Shown here in pieces: positions 55,693 through 64,000 of a stretch of DNA of 64,000 nucleotides. The position numbers were made by a program, and so were the translations under genes. How positions within the stretch are numbered: position 1 is the stretch's first letter; each line of letters opens with the position of its first letter. A model generated the notes under the pieces. It made no database searches and had not been told where the DNA came from. It was given only the letters and a program-made list of their open reading frames with translations. This stretch comes from Pseudomonadota bacterium (lineage in GTDB: Bacteria > Pseudomonadota > Alphaproteobacteria > Rs-D84), in the NCBI GenBank assembly GCA_023402015.1, contig JAEXCU010000001.1, forward strand, positions 16,652 to 80,651, written 5' to 3'.

Positions 55693-56316
55693 ATGGTGTT
55701 ATATAAAAGCCTGATTTTTATTTTATGTTTTTTTTGTATTGCGCCTGCGCGCGCGGTGGACGATTGCCTGGCGTACAAATTAAATCCGGCCGTATTTATT
55801 GAAACACCTGCCTGGACCAAAGAGGTTGTTCAGCCGTTAAAAGAAATGGATTTATTTCATGGAAATGTCATTGCAACAATGACGGATAATTACGATATTG
55901 TTGCAGACATTACATCCATCGAGGATGGATTTTGCGTTGCAATAAAATCTGTAAATGCAGTTGTTGGATACAGTAATTTTTTGGTTCAGATTGATATCAG
56001 AAATGCGCCCGAGACTTGTTCATACAATGCAATTTTGACGCACGAAGATGAACATATCAGGGCATATTTATCTGTAATTGATGATAATGTGGCAGAACTG
56101 CAAAAATCAATTTATAATGCGGCCGATTCCATTATGCCGATATTTGTACAAAACCAATCAGACATAGACGCCGCGGTGGATGAATTAAACAATGAATTGC
56201 AATCGCATCCGGATTTAGTTTTAATAAAACAGAAAATCAAGGCTGCCGAGGAAATCAGAAATAAACGCGTTGACCAAAATGATACCGGCGAATCTTTGAA
56301 AAAGTGTTTTGAATAA
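55693..56316 (+). CDS. secreted HExxH protein (DUF922-like putative Zn-peptidase) in the position usually held by VirB5
   Basis: Signal peptide ...FFCIAPARA-VDD, a THEDEHIRAY motif, and a helical C-terminus. The ATG lies 2 nt after the virB4 stop. Distantly resembles 10971-11879 around the HExEH motif. Confidence 0.6.
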   Translation: MVLYKSLIFILCFFCIAPARAVDDCLAYKLNPAVFIETPAWTKEVVQPLKEMDLFHGNVIATMTDNYDIVADITSIEDGFCVAIKSVNAVVGYSNFLVQIDIRNAPETCSYNAILTHEDEHIRAYLSVIDDNVAELQKSIYNAADSIMPIFVQNQSDIDAAVDELNNELQSHPDLVLIKQKIKAAEEIRNKRVDQNDTGESLKKCFE

Positions 56317-56318
56317 TA

Positions 56319-56341
56319 TGCCGGCATTTGCCGGTATTTTT
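56319..56341. terminator. terminator CCGGC-ATTT-GCCGG (inverted-orientation member of the family)
   Basis: Sits between the convergent HExxH gene and radical SAM paralog 2. Confidence 0.75.
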
Positions 56342-57329
56342 AATAACGCATATTTTGTTCCATTACATATTTTTGATATGCCAATTGGAACAATTGTTTT
56401 TTTAATTTATCAATTGCGATGATTTTCCCACGATTGTTTTTATAAGGAACAGATATTCCCCCGTCATTTCCGCATGCGAACAATTGAACCCGGCCAGATG
56501 CGTGGTCAAACATAATTGCGCAATTACTGCGATTATTTATAATACGGGATAAAGACGGCGTGGGAATTGTTGCAACTGTATTCTTGGCACGGCCCGCGTT
56601 TTCAATCCCACTGTATGGCCGCCAAAACATAAATTTTTCATTACGTCCCGATTTTTCAAAGAACCATAAATTATACTGCGAATTATCAATTTTTTCATTT
56701 GTAATCGGATTAATCGCAGGGTGTTTGAAATCAACCGCAATATTATATTTTCTTTTTAAATCAACCATTGCGTTTGTCATGCGTTCCAGGTCGTCATAAA
56801 ACATATGAACACATGCGTTGGGCGACAGGTTGTCGTTTGTGCAATACCATTTCAGAAATTCCACCGTTGTATCATTTGCGTTTTTATGAAATTTGTCTAA
56901 TGAAATATGATATGCGCAAAATATGCGGGGATATTTAACAAAGAATTGTTCCAAATCGTTAAAAATTTTATCCGAATTATCCCCCAATGTCCAACCACAA
57001 TTTGTTTTTAATTCCACAGAATATCCCGACGCCGCACATGTCTTTAACAGTTTCGGAATATAAAAAGGCGATTTTAATTTATACGCAGTCATTGGTTCGC
57101 CGCCGGTAATTGTTGCGACGCGCATGCTGTTGCGAATTGTTTTAAATTGTCCCAATATTTCTGATATATCGTCTGTTGGCATGAAATCGGGGCGTTCATC
57201 CGGGCCCGAACATTCACAGCAATGCGCACAGCGGTAATCACAAACATTTGTAATTTTTAAAATTGGTGCCCACGGAAAATTGTTTTCCAGATGATGCATA
57301 AACTGGTCGTGCGTAAAAAATGGGTTCAT
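56340..57329 (-). CDS. radical SAM domain protein, uncharacterized family (paralog 2)
   Basis: CX3CX2C motif (VCDYRCAHCCE), ITGGEPMT, KTNCGW and ISLDKFH. These align block by block with 6878-7849. There is no SPASM-like C-terminal Cys cluster. Confidence 0.8.
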   Translation of the reverse strand: MNPFFTHDQFMHHLENNFPWAPILKITNVCDYRCAHCCECSGPDERPDFMPTDDISEILGQFKTIRNSMRVATITGGEPMTAYKLKSPFYIPKLLKTCAASGYSVELKTNCGWTLGDNSDKIFNDLEQFFVKYPRIFCAYHISLDKFHKNANDTTVEFLKWYCTNDNLSPNACVHMFYDDLERMTNAMVDLKRKYNIAVDFKHPAINPITNEKIDNSQYNLWFFEKSGRNEKFMFWRPYSGIENAGRAKNTVATIPTPSLSRIINNRSNCAIMFDHASGRVQLFACGNDGGISVPYKNNRGKIIAIDKLKKQLFQLAYQKYVMEQNMRY

Positions 57330-57353
57330 AATATATTACCTTTTATCCCATGT

Positions 57354-57381
57354 AATATATACCAATATTAAAATTTGTCAA
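57354..57381 (-). promoter_or_regulatory. sigma70-like promoter of radical SAM paralog 2
   Basis: Minus strand TTGACA (57381-57376), 16 nt spacer, TATATT (57359-57354). Confidence 0.45.
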
Positions 57382-57383
57382 TT

Positions 57384-59000
57384 TTATTTGTCATCAGAAT
57401 TTAATTGGTAATAGTATTCCAATGCATCGTGTGAATATTCATCTATTCGTCCGTCGGGCAGTGTCAGCATCCGTGTAATGCCAATTTGTTCAACGAATTG
57501 TGGATTATGACTGACCACAATAATTGTGCCGGTGTAATCCCGAAAATTGTCGCCAATAATCGCCTGGGTTTCCGGGTCCAGATGATTTGTCGGTTCATCC
57601 AATATCAGCATGTTTGCCCGTTTTAATAACATTTTGCACAATGCAACACGTGCACGTTCGCCGGGTGATAATACAGAAATCCGTTTAAATACATCTGTGT
57701 CGTAAAACAAAAAATTCCCCAGTATCGCACGTAATTGTTGGTCTGTGTATTCAGGATGTGCGACATTTTCCATAATTGTTTTTTCAGTATTTAATAATTC
57801 CAATTCCTGGGCATAATATGCGATTTCTGTTTTTGGATTTATGTTTATTTCGCCGCGTTCAGGTGTCAACAACCCCATTATTAATTTCAGCAATGTTGAT
57901 TTCCCTGCGCCGTTTTGACCCACAATTAAAAAACGTTCCCCACCACTGATATAAAATGACATTTTACGATACAGCAATCGCGCACCGGGAAACCGAAACC
58001 ATAAATCTGCAATGTTTAACGGATGTTTTGGCGTTGGGGTGCGTGGGGATAAATCCATTTTAATTTTTTTGTATGTTTGTTCGCGCTGAATCCGATTTTC
58101 CAAAATCTTTTTTAATTGTATTTCACGGGTGTGCCCGACGCGCTTGATAGTGTGGTTTGTGGGACTGGCGGCTTTGGCACGGTTTATAAATGCATTTAAT
58201 TCTGTTATTTGTCGCGTCTGGGCCGCAAATTCATTGGCACGTTTATGCGCGATTTGTGCGTATTTGTTTTTATAGTCGTCATAGTTTCCGGAAAATACAC
58301 TGATTTTATGTGTGATTTTATCAATCAGCATAACTTTATTCACAATTTTATTTAAAAAATCAGAATCATGACTGATGATTAAAACCATACCTTTGTATTT
58401 TTTCAGGTAATTCATAACGTATTCTTTGGTCGTTATGTCCAAATGATTTGTTGGCTCGTCCAATAATAAAATTTCCGCCATGGAATATAACAGGCGTGCA
58501 AATGCAACCTTGGATTTTTGCCCACCCGATAGATTCTTTAATTGCATATCCAGCATGTCAGAATCAATACCCATATTTGTGATTATTTCCAATAATGCGT
58601 CTTCGGCAGTATAGCATTCATAGTATTCCAGTCTTTCTTGAACGGCGGATATTTGTGCCATTATGTCTGCATCATCCGGTGTCATGGCCAAACGATGATA
58701 CAGTTCATTTAATTCAGATTGCAATTTTGCAATTGGTCGCCCGGTCAACAAGAAATCCCATACCGTGATTTCTGGTTCGGTTATAACAATTTGTTGGGGT
58801 AAATATCCCAAGTTTGCGCCACCGGTTTCTATGCGACCGGCATCGGGTTGAATTTGGCCCGTCATCAGGCGGAACAGTGTTGTTTTACCGGCGCCATTAA
58901 CACCGACAATACCAACCTTGTCCCGCGGGGACAGACTGAATTCCGCGTTTTCATATATAACCGTTGTTCCAAAAGATAAAGACAGATTTTCTGCGCGCAT
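57384..59000 (-). CDS. ABC-F family ATPase (tandem ABC domains, no TM domain)
   Basis: Two Walker A motifs (GVNGAGKTT and GQNGAGKST) and two signatures (LSGGQKSK and LSPGERAR). A charged linker separates the two domains. Confidence 0.9.
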   Translation of the reverse strand: MRAENLSLSFGTTVIYENAEFSLSPRDKVGIVGVNGAGKTTLFRLMTGQIQPDAGRIETGGANLGYLPQQIVITEPEITVWDFLLTGRPIAKLQSELNELYHRLAMTPDDADIMAQISAVQERLEYYECYTAEDALLEIITNMGIDSDMLDMQLKNLSGGQKSKVAFARLLYSMAEILLLDEPTNHLDITTKEYVMNYLKKYKGMVLIISHDSDFLNKIVNKVMLIDKITHKISVFSGNYDDYKNKYAQIAHKRANEFAAQTRQITELNAFINRAKAASPTNHTIKRVGHTREIQLKKILENRIQREQTYKKIKMDLSPRTPTPKHPLNIADLWFRFPGARLLYRKMSFYISGGERFLIVGQNGAGKSTLLKLIMGLLTPERGEININPKTEIAYYAQELELLNTEKTIMENVAHPEYTDQQLRAILGNFLFYDTDVFKRISVLSPGERARVALCKMLLKRANMLILDEPTNHLDPETQAIIGDNFRDYTGTIIVVSHNPQFVEQIGITRMLTLPDGRIDEYSHDALEYYYQLNSDDK

Positions 59001-59069
59001 AATAAAAAATATTATGCGGGTTTAGATATTAATCGCAAGTTAAAAAATCATACACAATTTTGTAAAAAA

Positions 59070-59096
59070 TCCGGCAATCTGAAAAGATTTGCCGGA
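59070..59096 (-). terminator. terminator after the glutamate decarboxylase gene (extended CCGGCAA...TTGCCGG hairpin)
   Basis: TCCGGCAATCT-gaaa-AGATTTGCCGGA. On the minus strand it is followed by T6. Confidence 0.7.
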
Positions 59097-59177
59097 CGAA
59101 CAATCGGAAACCTTGAAAATTGAAAAACCGGTCTTTCCCCGTAAAAGCAGCGGCGTTTTACGGGGATATTTTTATGT

Positions 59178-60557
59178 TTACTTTGCGTGGTTAAAGCTGC
59201 CCTTGGTCAAAGGCTTTTCCACAGGATGTTCTGCAAAGAATTGCAACGCGCGATTTATATCGGCCAGATATAAATCGGCCAAATCTTTGGAAAATCCATG
59301 TTTTACCAATACGCGCATAACAACAACGTTTTGGGCGTTTGCGGGCATTGAATACGCCGGTGATAACCAACCATTTGTACGCAGACGGTCCGCCAAATCG
59401 TATAATGTAAAGTTAACTTTGGCGTTTGGTTTTAACCGCCATGTCAGGGCCGGAATACCGTCTGTGCCATCGGCAACCAGGTCAAAGATTTTCATTTTGT
59501 TTATTTCTTTGGCCATGTATTTGGTCGTATCATAACATGCGTCCTGGATACGTTTGTATCCTTCGTGGCCCAAACGCAACAGGTTGTAATATTGGCAAAT
59601 GATTTGTCCCGCCGGGCGTGAAAAATTCAATGCAAACGTCGGCATATTTCCACCCAGATAGTTTACCCAGAATATCAGGTTATCTGGCAAATCTTCTTTG
59701 GTGCGCCATACAACCCAACCAACGCCCAATGGTGATAAACCAAATTTATGACCCGATGAATTAATGGACTTTACACGTGGAATGCGAAAATCCCATTTTA
59801 AATTCGGCTGGCAGAATGGCGCCAAAAATCCACCACTGGCCGCGTCAACGTGAATTGGAATATCTATGCCGGTTTTCTTTTGATAATCGTCCAGGGCCTT
59901 GGCAATCGCCTCTACTGGTTCATAACGGCCGGTGTATGTGATACCCAATGTTGGAACAACGGCGATTGTATTTTCGTCTATGTATTTCAACATTTCTTCG
60001 GGGGTCATCATTAATCTGTCATCGGTCAATGGAACTTCGCGCATTTCAATGTCCCAATAATTGCAGAATTTATGCCAGCAAATCTGAACCGGACCACATA
60101 CCAGGTTTGGTTTGCCCTTTTTATTCTTGGCCTGCCATTTGCGCAACAGGGCCAGACCGCCCAACATGGCGGCCTCAGACGAACCAATGGTGGATGTACC
60201 CATTGTTGTTCTGGGTTGTGGGCTGTGCCACATATCGGCAATCATTGCAATGCATCGTCTTTCAATTTCTGCCGTTTGTGGATATTCGTCTTTATCAATC
60301 ATATTTTTGGTGATTGCGGCGTTCATTAATTCGTGCTGGTATTCATCCAGATATGTTTGACAGAATGTTGCCAGGTTTTGACGCGCATTACCGTCCATCA
60401 TTAATTCATCTTTGACTGCCTGAAAAATGCGGTCTGGGTTTTGTTCATCCCGTGGCATTTTAAAGTCTGGCAATACATATGCCAGTTCGTGTGATGCATA
60501 AATATCGTCATCATCAATATCACGAACTTGTTTTGGTGTGTCAGTCGTTTTTTTCAT
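59178..60557 (-). CDS. gadB: glutamate decarboxylase (PLP-dependent, GadA/GadB type)
   Basis: [19 protein letters not shown]..., [15 protein letters not shown], and the PLP-lysine motif [18 protein letters not shown]. Start at ATG 60557 with an AAGGAG SD. Confidence 0.9.
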   Translation of the reverse strand: MKKTTDTPKQVRDIDDDDIYASHELAYVLPDFKMPRDEQNPDRIFQAVKDELMMDGNARQNLATFCQTYLDEYQHELMNAAITKNMIDKDEYPQTAEIERRCIAMIADMWHSPQPRTTMGTSTIGSSEAAMLGGLALLRKWQAKNKKGKPNLVCGPVQICWHKFCNYWDIEMREVPLTDDRLMMTPEEMLKYIDENTIAVVPTLGITYTGRYEPVEAIAKALDDYQKKTGIDIPIHVDAASGGFLAPFCQPNLKWDFRIPRVKSINSSGHKFGLSPLGVGWVVWRTKEDLPDNLIFWVNYLGGNMPTFALNFSRPAGQIICQYYNLLRLGHEGYKRIQDACYDTTKYMAKEINKMKIFDLVADGTDGIPALTWRLKPNAKVNFTLYDLADRLRTNGWLSPAYSMPANAQNVVVMRVLVKHGFSKDLADLYLADINRALQFFAEHPVEKPLTKGSFNHAK

Positions 60558-60935
60558 TTCTTTCTCCTTTATAAGAAATTCTATGTATTCAGAAATATGC
60601 ATCCGCGGCAAGACTTTGAACCACGACCAATATCTTGCGCGGTTAAAATAGAACAGAATAAACGCCATCGCCCAGGGCGCTTTTATGACAAATATTCTTC
60701 CCCTCTTTTATCTCAGATTTCGGGGTAAATTTGTATAGGTATGAAATCGGGAAAGATAATATATAGGATATATATCCTAAGATTTATTTTTTATCACATG
60801 ATACTTTTGCAGCTGCACAAAATGGGAATAATTATTAAAATTCAACTGGTGGATGAATATTTGTGGGAAATTTATGTATTTTTAGTGATTTTTGATAGGT
60901 TGTAAATAAAAATCCCCAGGAAGCCTGGGGGAAAC

Positions 60936-61012
<77 letters not shown>

Positions 61013-61026
61013 ATGAGGTAAGGGGT

Positions 61027-61054
61027 ATTATATATTAATATGGGCATTTGTCAA
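61027..61054 (-). promoter_or_regulatory. near-consensus sigma70 promoter of the initiator tRNA
   Basis: Minus strand TTGACA (61054-61049), 16 nt spacer, TATAAT (61032-61027). The tRNA 5' end at 61012 is about 15 nt downstream. Confidence 0.6.
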
Positions 61055-61215
61055 ATGAAAAACACGGATTCTTTAAATAATGCCGTTTTTATCAATATTT
61101 CATCAGATTTACAGGGCGGGTGGATTCGTGGCCCAGGAATTTAGACCTATGTCTGTCTTGAAATATGATTATTTTATTGCTATCATCCCAACGGATTTAT
61201 GATAAAGAGTATATA

Positions 61216-62055
61216 ATGAATACAACATTTAGAAAAATATGGAAAGGTTTTTGGGAACCGATTTTACACCTGCCAATTATTCAATGGATTGTGGCCATTT
61301 TAATGGCAACAGCAATTTGGGGTGTATATTTTACCAGTCGTAAAAAAATAACCAATTACGAAACGTTTAAAAAATATCGCAAAAAACCGGCGGTTTTTGT
61401 GTTTTGGCATGGGCGCAGTATGATGTTGTCCCCAATTATTTGCATTGGTGGTATGCGTGCGTATGCCGTGGCCAGTCGCCACAAAGACGGTCGCATGATG
61501 GCAAAATTGCAACGTTTATTCGGTTTAAAACCGATTTATGGCAGTACATCTGACGGCGGTATATCTGTCTTGCGTCAGGGCGTTCGTATTTTACGCCAGG
61601 GCGACCATTCAATGTGTATTTCACCCGACGGGCCGGGCGGGCCGTCTTTGCGCGTTCAAGATGGTGCATTATATTTTGCAAAAATGACGGGTGCACCAAT
61701 TATTCCGGTATGTTTTTCTGCGTCGCACGCATCGTTTCAAAAACGCTGGGACAGGTATTTGGTCGCATTACCTTTTTCAAAAATAACGTGTAAAGTTGGC
61801 ATGCCGGTATTCATTGATGCCAAAAGCACGCCAGAGGAATTTGAAGCGGTACGTAAAAAAATAGAAGATTACATGGTTCGCCAGGTTCGTGAAATGGACG
61901 GTGAATTTAATCTGTTTCAGGTGGAACAGGATTTAACGGCCAGTGAATTCAAAAAGGCAATGCGCGCGGCCAAGGCCGAGAAAAAGGCCGGCAAAGCCGC
62001 AAAAAAAGATGCCAAAAAAGCGGCGCGCAAAACCAAAACGGAACACAAAAAATAA
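61216..62055 (+). CDS. DUF374 lysophospholipid acyltransferase-family protein with a Lys/Ala-rich C-terminal tail
   Basis: FVFWHGRSMM...ASRHKDGRMMAKL...ISPDGPGGP matches the DUF374 signature, and the gene sits upstream of lpxK as in many alphaproteobacteria. The tail is KKAMRAAKAEKKAGKAAKKDAKKAARKTKTEHKK. Confidence 0.78.
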   Translation: MNTTFRKIWKGFWEPILHLPIIQWIVAILMATAIWGVYFTSRKKITNYETFKKYRKKPAVFVFWHGRSMMLSPIICIGGMRAYAVASRHKDGRMMAKLQRLFGLKPIYGSTSDGGISVLRQGVRILRQGDHSMCISPDGPGGPSLRVQDGALYFAKMTGAPIIPVCFSASHASFQKRWDRYLVALPFSKITCKVGMPVFIDAKSTPEEFEAVRKKIEDYMVRQVREMDGEFNLFQVEQDLTASEFKKAMRAAKAEKKAGKAAKKDAKKAARKTKTEHKK

Positions 62056-62070
62056 ACATACGGATTAAAT

Positions 62071-62985
62071 ATGAAAACGCCATGGTGGTTCCTGCACAAG
62101 ACACCGATTTCATTTTTATTATTACCAATTTCTTGGGTTTATTATGGATTGGGACGCGTTGTGTATGGTATCCGCAAAATTGGCGGGTACAAATCACGTC
62201 GCCTGGTAATCTGTGTTGGTAATATATTGGCGGGCGGTGTCGGAAAAACACCGATTGTTCGTCAAATTGCAACATATCTGGATGCACCGGTTGTCATGCG
62301 TGGGTACAAAAAAAGTGCCGCCACAGGCAATGCCGGGGACGAGGCAACAATGCTGGCCCGCGGCGGATTACAGGTTCATACCGGCGACAGAAAATCCAAT
62401 ATAATTTTATTAAATGGCCAAACGAATGAAACAGGCCCAATTGTAATGGATGACGGATTTCAAAATCCGCGCATTAAAAAAGATATTTCTGTTTTGGTTT
62501 TTGACCAAGGTTTGGGATATGGAAACGGATTTATGATACCGGCCGGTCCCCTGCGCGAGCCAAAACATGCCGCACGGCGCGCGGATGCAATAATTGTTAT
62601 TCGCAATTCGCGCCCGCGGAAAAATTTTAAATTGCCGGATAATATACCTGTTTTTTATGCACAAAACCAAACTGTTTCCCCGTATGATGAAAATCAACAA
62701 TTGGTTGCGTTTGCCGGCATTGGATACCCAAAGAAATTCTTTGGCGCATTAAAAAACGTTGTCGCCAAAAAAAGTTTTGCCGACCATTATCAATATACTG
62801 ATGCAGATATAAATAAACTGATTGCGTTGGCGAAACGCAAAAATGCAAAACTGATAACCACAGAAAAAGATTGGGTCAGATTGCCCGATTACGCCCGGGA
62901 TGAAATTAAATTTGCCCGTTTGGACACCGTGATTGATAATGCGTTCTTTACCTGGTTGAAAGAGAGGATAAAATGCCAACATTAA
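62071..62985 (+). CDS. lpxK: tetraacyldisaccharide 4'-kinase
   Basis: GNILAGGVGKTP P-loop, then DDGFQN. Confidence 0.9.
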   Translation: MKTPWWFLHKTPISFLLLPISWVYYGLGRVVYGIRKIGGYKSRRLVICVGNILAGGVGKTPIVRQIATYLDAPVVMRGYKKSAATGNAGDEATMLARGGLQVHTGDRKSNIILLNGQTNETGPIVMDDGFQNPRIKKDISVLVFDQGLGYGNGFMIPAGPLREPKHAARRADAIIVIRNSRPRKNFKLPDNIPVFYAQNQTVSPYDENQQLVAFAGIGYPKKFFGALKNVVAKKSFADHYQYTDADINKLIALAKRKNAKLITTEKDWVRLPDYARDEIKFARLDTVIDNAFFTWLKERIKCQH

Positions 62986-63911
62986 AAAAACAGATAAAAA
63001 TATCGGGTCGCGGAATTCATTCCGGTTTGCCGGTAAATATTGTAATTAAACCTGCGCGTGAAAACGGTATTTTTATGCGTCGCACAGATATCGCCAACAG
63101 TGATTTAATACCCGCCCGTTTTGACAATGTTGGTGAAACAAAAATGCGCAACACAACAATCGGGTCAGTAAACGGCGCGCATGTTCAAACCATTGAACAT
63201 TTAATGGCGGCATTATTTATGGCGGGCGTGGACAGTGCAATTATAGAAATAAATGGTCCGGAAACACCAATTCTGGACGGCAGTGCGGCATGTTTTTACG
63301 ATGCACTGGTAAATGCGGGAATAACATCTGGGAAAATGCGTAAAATAATTGTTCGGCGTCCGGTTGTTGCGCATGCACGCGAAATATTGCGCGAATTACC
63401 ATTTATGGTACGTACAAAATTATGGTTTTTCAATTTAATTTCTGGTCGCAAAAGCAACGGTTATGTTAAATTGGAACCCGGTGATAAAGCGCTGGAAATA
63501 ACCGCAACGTTGGAATACAGGGAAAAAATAATTGGCACGCAAACATATTCATATGCATTTGATGGGTCAAAAAAATCCGTTAATGATTTTATTAAAAATA
63601 TTTCGCGGGCACGTACATTTGGAAAATTCAGTGAATGGGAATATCTGAAAGCACACGGCATGGGGCGCGGTGCGGATGAAACGAATGTAATTGCACTGAA
63701 CGATGCCGGCGACGGAACGCTGAACGAACTGATATGGCCGGATGAATTTGTTCGTCATAAAATCATTGACGCAATTGGCGATATGTTTACCAGCGGCGGC
63801 TTGGTCATAGGAAAATTAACTTCGTTCAAGGGTAGCCATGCGTTAAACAACCTGGTGTTGAAAAAATTGTTCAGCGACCCGTCAAATTATGATATAGTGG
63901 AATCAAAGTAG
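62973..63911 (+). CDS. lpxC: UDP-3-O-acyl-N-acetylglucosamine deacetylase
   Basis: TLKKQIKISGRGIHSG, TIEHLMAAL and HKIIDAIGD motifs. Confidence 0.93.
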   Translation: MPTLKKQIKISGRGIHSGLPVNIVIKPARENGIFMRRTDIANSDLIPARFDNVGETKMRNTTIGSVNGAHVQTIEHLMAALFMAGVDSAIIEINGPETPILDGSAACFYDALVNAGITSGKMRKIIVRRPVVAHAREILRELPFMVRTKLWFFNLISGRKSNGYVKLEPGDKALEITATLEYREKIIGTQTYSYAFDGSKKSVNDFIKNISRARTFGKFSEWEYLKAHGMGRGADETNVIALNDAGDGTLNELIWPDEFVRHKIIDAIGDMFTSGGLVIGKLTSFKGSHALNNLVLKKLFSDPSNYDIVESK

Positions 63912-63926
63912 GAAAGGGTGTAATAA

Positions 63927-64000
63927 ATGAAAAAAACATTTGCTTTTTGTGCCATGATGCTGGCCTTGGCCGGATGCGGTGGAATGATTAAAAATGAAAA
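63927..64000 (+). CDS. lipoprotein, 3' partial at window edge (BamD is a possibility by position after lpxC)
   Basis: MKKTFAFCAMMLALAGCGG carries the lipobox LAGC. Only 24 codons are visible. Confidence 0.5.
   Translation, partial: MKKTFAFCAMMLALAGCGGMIKNE

Noticed and set aside
56340-57329. Radical SAM paralog 2 as a Cfr/RlmN-like rRNA methyltransferase partnered with the ABC-F protein
   Set aside because: The CX3CX2C cluster is N-terminal, around residue 30, and followed by CCE. The RlmN/Cfr-specific motifs and second conserved Cys pair are absent. The length and domain order do not fit either. It is kept only as a remote hypothesis.

Overview
This 64 kb window looks like a chromosomal segment from a moderately AT-rich alphaproteobacterium. 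Several signatures resemble intracellular Rickettsiales or Holosporales-type symbionts: an alpha-type SspB, a cysteine-free L36, a eukaryote-like type 2 IleRS, DUF374-lpxK-lpxC, and type IV secretion genes scattered across the segment. The taxon cannot be proven from this window. About 60 housekeeping genes are well supported: recF, gpsA, rsmG, parAB, mreB, rnpA, yidD, accBC, pal, infC, xseB, mutS, truB, rpsO, metG, queH, fabDG, mnmG, ileS, nth, pheST, rplT, rpmI, mreCD, mrdA, rodA, topA, dnaG, ychF, rpmJ, lpxKC, four tRNAs and one tRNA pseudogene. Many classic operons are split apart. Small accessory islets sit between the housekeeping blocks. They include a TolC/HlyD/split-ABC efflux locus, two paralogous monocistronic radical SAM genes, and two secreted HExEH proteins, one of them directly after virB3-virB4. 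They also include an isolated VirB2-like pilin gene with a 29-codon micro-ORF, a glutamate decarboxylase and an ABC-F ATPase. One 1.7 kb islet (17.5-19.2 kb) holds an XRE regulator, palindromic MITE-like repeats and small cysteine-rich secreted proteins, one carrying an in-frame TAG. The non-coding signals I find most interesting are these: a roughly 110-nt structured leader present twice with compensatory stem changes and its own terminator; twin 14-bp parS-like palindromes next to parAB; an array of GTTGAAA(A/C) motifs upstream of virB3; and a stereotyped CCGGCAAATGCCGG terminator hairpin reused across the window. I found no CRISPR array, rRNA, transposase or integrase. All calls come from reading the sequence and from remembered family signatures; no database search was run.
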